From Octopus vulgaris (taxonomy: Eukaryota): DNA of 64,000 nucleotides. A program made the translations under genes and the position numbers. The notes below the pieces were generated by a model. It was not told where the DNA came from. It saw only the letters and a program-made list of their open reading frames with translations, and did not search any database. The stretch covers positions 31,744,001 through 31,808,000 of the forward strand of contig OX597829.1 of NCBI GenBank assembly GCA_951406725.2, in the 5' to 3' direction. Every line of letters starts with the position of its first letter. Position 1 is the first letter of the stretch. Below are positions 59,500-64,000 of the stretch, one piece after another.

Positions 59500-62234
59500 A
59501 ATGGGTAACTGGAAATTCCTATGGGACAGCTTACTGAGTGCTACAGACCAAATCTTCAGCTGGTGCAAAGTCCCTTCCAAACCTAGAGTAATGTGATAGT
59601 GGAATAATATAGTAGACAAGGCCATTAGAGTAAAGAAACAGGCCTGGAAACCCTGGAAGAGTGGGAGTATCAGGGAACCTGTACCAGATAGCCAGAAGGG
59701 AGGCTGGGAGACAGGTATACATAGCCAAGGGAGAAGCAGATAAGAAGTTTGCCAATGTTCAGTGACAGGAGGTCCAAAGAATTGAAGTATTTCAGATTGC
59801 AAGACAGTGTGTGAGAGAAAATTGTGATGTCACAGGAGAGAAATGTGTCTGCATGGTTGATGGTGCACTTGCTTTTAATGGTTCTGCAAAGAAAGAGGCT
59901 TGGAGAAGCCATTATAAAGGGCTGCTGTATGTGGAAAATGAATGGGAGGAGGAGAGCCTGCCAAATGTTGACCCAGTAGAAGGTCCAGCTACTCAAATAG
60001 ACAGTACCCTGGTAGATAAAGCAATTAAGGATATGAAGTCAGGAAAAGCCCCCAGCCCATCAGGAATCACTGCTGAGATGCTTAAAATATCTTGAGGTGT
60101 GGGTCATGGCCTAGTCACCCGTATTGTAAACCAGGTGGTTCACAAAGGAGTCATACCCAATGACTGGTGTAATATATAAGAATACCAGTAATTATTATAA
60201 AAAACATGAATATAAATTGGGAAAATAACTTACAGCTGTTTCAGCCAATAGATAAAATACCTCATTCTACCTTTATTATTCAAGTGGATTGAAGTAATAG
60301 GTAGATGAACATGAGGTACTTGTATATATCTATAGGCTTCTATATAGCACCACCGTCAACTGCTACAAAGGTAAAGGTGATGCTTTAGATAGAAATAACT
60401 ATAGGGGTATCAAACTGCTGGATCAGGTGATGAATGTCACAGAGAGGGTCATAGCCCAACTAATTAGGGAGAGAGTCTGCTTAGATGGGATGCAGTTCAG
60501 TTTTATGCCAGGTAGAAGCACCACTGATGCTATATTCCTGGTATGGCAACTGCAGGGGAAATACCTAGCCAAAGATAAACCCTTATACTTGGCTTTTGTT
60601 GACTTGGAGAAAGCCTTTGACAGGGTCTCCCAATCCCTTATCTGGTGGGTGATGTAGAAACTGGGGATTGACGAATGGCTAATAAGAGTTTTACAGGGGT
60701 ACCGTTAGTAAGGTAAGGGTCGGCAATGAGCATAGTGAAGAATTCTAGGTAGAAGTAGGGGTTCACCAAGGATCAGTCCTCGCCCCCCCCCCCCCTCTTA
60801 TTCATTATAGTCCTCCAGGCAATAACAGAGGAATTCAAGACAGGTTGCCGCTGGGAGCTCCTCTATGCTGATGACCTTGCTCTCATAGTAGAATCACTAC
60901 CAGAACTAGAGTAGAAACTTCAGGTATGGAAACAAGGTTTAAAATTGAAGGGCCTTGGAGTCAATGTTGCAAAAACCAAAGTCCTATTAAGTAGGAAGGC
61001 AAACAAATCCCAAACCCCTTCAGGTAGATGGCCCTGCTCAATCTGTAGAAATGGTGTAGGTAGAAACTCAATAAGATGTATCCAGTGTAAGCTATGGACA
61101 CGAGATGCAGCAACACCAAAGGAAGGTTAACCAGGAAGAGAGCTTTCATGTGCGGCGGATGCACAGAGGCAATAAACAACACAGATGCTCAGAAACCTGA
61201 TTCCATCTCATGCCAGGGGAGAAACTAGAAGTAGTTGATAGCTTTCACTACCTAAGTGACCAAGTCTGTAGTGTGGGGGGATGCTCGGAGAGCATTGCCA
61301 CTAGAATAAGAATAGCCTGGGCAAAGTTCAGAAAGCTCCTACCTCTCCTGGTGACAAAGGGCCTCTCGCCCAGAGTGAAAGGTAGATTGTATGATGCATG
61401 TGTGCAAACTGCCATGCTACACAGCAGTGAAACATGCGCCCTGACTGCTGAAGACATGCGTAGGCTTGAAAGAAATGAAGCTAGTATGATCCACTGGATG
61501 TGTAATGTCTGTGCACACACAACAGAGTGTAAGCACCCTGTGAGAAATCTTGGACATAAGAAGCATCAGATGTGGTGTGCAAGAGATGCAACTGAGCAGG
61601 TATGGTCATGTGCTGCATACGGATGAAGAGAGCTCTCTGAAGAAGTGTCACTCTCTAACAGTGGAAGGAACCTGTGGTAGAGGGAGACCCAGGAAGACAT
61701 GAGATGAGATGGTGAAGCATGACCTTCGAATGTTGGGCCTCACAGAGGCAATAACAAAAGGCCGTGACCTCTGGAGATACACTGTGATTGAAAAGAACTG
61801 GCAAGTAAAGTGAGATCACAGCCATAGCCTACACCATTGTCGCATAACCAGCCCATTAAAAAGTACCTTTGAATCATCAGGCGACATTCCATGCTTCAGG
61901 AGACATATTGAGTCAAGTAAAATCAAATCAAATCACAATCAAATGGAAATTGTAGTTGTGGCTGATGCCAGTGCTGCCTGACTGGCATGCAATAAGCACC
62001 ATGCATGCATGGGTCATTGCCAGTGCCACCTGACTAGCTCCCTAGCCAGTGGCACATAAAAAGCACCCACTACACTCTTGGGGTGGTTGGCGTTAGGAAG
62101 GACATCCAGCTGTAGAAACACTGCCAGATCAGATTGGAGCCTAGTGTGGCCTCCTGACTTGCCAGACCCTACTCAAACTGTCCAACCCATCCCAGCATAT
62201 AGCATATGGAAAACGGACGTTAAATGATGATGAT
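59500..62234 (+). mobile_element. 5'-truncated RTE-clade LINE, RT pseudogene
   Basis: GKAPSPSGITAEMLK, YKGKGD...NYRGIKLL, QFSFMPGRSTTDAIF, AFVDLEKAFDRV, GVHQGS, LLYADDL, WPCSICR zinc-finger region; stops and frameshifts; (GAT)n tail. Confidence 0.93.
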
Positions 62235-62241
62235 GTATATA

Positions 62242-62754
62242 TCTATATATATAAAACTCTAGTTGTGTGAGTGTCTGTCCCCTTCGATTTAGATTCCTAA
62301 CTCCTCCCACATTTTGCGGTGCAGTTTAACCAAATTCGGGTATCTTATAGTCGTGATTCATATCGAGCCCGTCTGAGTATTAGCGCGCGTCAACGATGAG
62401 TCTACGATTTAAAAAATAATTTAACATCATTTTTTATTCCATTTTAATGCATAATTTTTCGCGTGTCGATGGCAGCGGAGTTGGCGTCCACGGTCACACC
62501 TGCACCTGTTTGCTTCTCCCCCTTCTTCCCTCCCTCGTGAAGCTGTGGGGAAGGGAGTTTAAGGAAATCAACGTCGTAATGCGTTGTCAAGGAGACCAGC
62601 GTTCTTTTAGAACAACGACTTCATGGCTTGAAGACACCAAAACAGAAATGGCTAAGAAAGCCCGAATTGGCATCTATAAGGGAAGTAACTCTCTAAAAAT
62701 GCTTATATAGTTATTTCCCTTACAAACCCGAGCAACGCCGGGCGATACTGCTAG
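62242..62754 (+). mobile_element. Non-autonomous Helitron (young)
   Basis: A|TC 5' end (TCTATATATATAAAA), 3' hairpin cccg-agcaacgc-cggg (62727-62742), CTAG|T end, no TSD, CpG intact. Confidence 0.85.
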
Positions 62755-63607
62755 TATAAAATAAAATTTAAGGTGAAAAGGCACATGTGTAGATAAAGAT
62801 TATTTAATCTATTTCAATATGTGCTGAGTCGACCAGCATCGCTTCGCTAATCATGACTCAGTGTCATGAAATCATTATAAGTTTTTGATTTAATCTTATG
62901 TAGAAGCAGGTATGATCTAGTTTTGTGGTTATACAGGAGAGTATAGCTCAAATCAGTGAATATAATGTTTTTAGCTAAAGGGATGATCAGTGGATATAAT
63001 ATTTCTTAGCTAAGGGGAGGTAAATCTTTTTTCTGGTTGGTTTTTCATTTGTGAATTCCATTATATATTCATGTTAAGTTCTGGTTTGTATTTTTCAATA
63101 AATGTGACCTCTTTATTTAGTTGTTGCTTAGTTGTGTTTTTTTCCATGCATTGGTATAGTGGAAATATTGTAAATTATGGTTGGCATTCCTTAGCACATT
63201 TGTCTATGTGACCATTGAGTGGTATTTAATGGTATTGGGCTTGGTAGATTTGTTGTCTGTGTAGTGTAGCTACATCTTAGGGACATTCCTGTTGAACCTA
63301 TATAGTTCCTACTGCAGCCAGAAAATGAGATTTTCAGAGGTGCAAGTGAAGTCAGTTTTAATTTTAAATTTTTGTCCTTGCTTAAAATGGAATTTTGAGC
63401 CTTCCATTATGATGGGACATGTTCCACAGTTCGGTCATCCACATTTTTTAACTCTTACTCACATTATTTTTTAGTATAGTTTTGCATTTGTGAGTATCTG
63501 TTTTAGTAGTTTGGGTTGTTTGTTGCTTTTAATAATTTTATGGGTGCGTAGAATTTCATACAGCTTAAGGTCCTTATGTAGTATGGGAAGGTTTTGGATA
63601 ATATTGA

Positions 63608-63648
<41 letters not shown>

Positions 63649-64000
63649 GGAAACTCAAAGATCTATCAAACAGTCAGAATTTTAGAAGCATTCTGATTAA
63701 AACATTTGATGAGAAAGTGGAGGAGGTTGTAACATATAATGTAGTGGACAGCTGTAAGTTCTTATGAGACAACCTTGGTATTTTTTCTATTTAGTCTGTT
63801 GTATATTTTAATGTTGCCTTGTGGATATACTTTTTTAATACATCAACAGTCAGTTCCAGTTTATGGCATCTTGGCTAAGTGTCTTTTACTATAGTTCTGG
63901 GCTAACTAATGCCTTGTGATTGAATATGGTAAATGGAAACTGTGTGGAAGCTCATCATATATGCACGTGTGTGTGTATGTGTGTGTGTTTATATAAGTGT

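Overview
Eukaryotic, AT-rich, repeat-dense genomic DNA. It is most likely a coleoid cephalopod (Octopus-like); this is inferred from the tRNA-derived SINE families, RTE/CR1/Penelope relics and dense microsatellites. One intact protein-coding gene is present: an 8-coding-exon OCIAD1/asrij orthologue on the + strand (14926-53228; 804 nt spliced CDS, 267 aa; all introns GT-AG with consistent phases). Nearly all other sequence is transposon-derived: three SINE families, RTE, CR1, CRE-like and Penelope retroelements, mariner, hAT and piggyBac-type MITEs, Helitrons/Helentron, long palindromes and a recent ~1.8-2.35 kb tandem duplication. Almost all ORFs in the supplied track are spurious or transposon fragments. 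The most interesting signals are: (i) a Penelope terminal repeat carrying a tRNA-like Pol III head upstream of a hammerhead-ribozyme-like core, which also occurs as a stand-alone SINE-like unit; (ii) an antisense SINE fused directly to the OCIAD1 start codon; (iii) a perfect 53-bp-arm palindrome and other long hairpins in the introns; (iv) a CRE-clade retrotransposon fragment; (v) templated-insertion and nested-insertion scars. Repeat boundaries were read by eye and are approximate unless TSDs are quoted.
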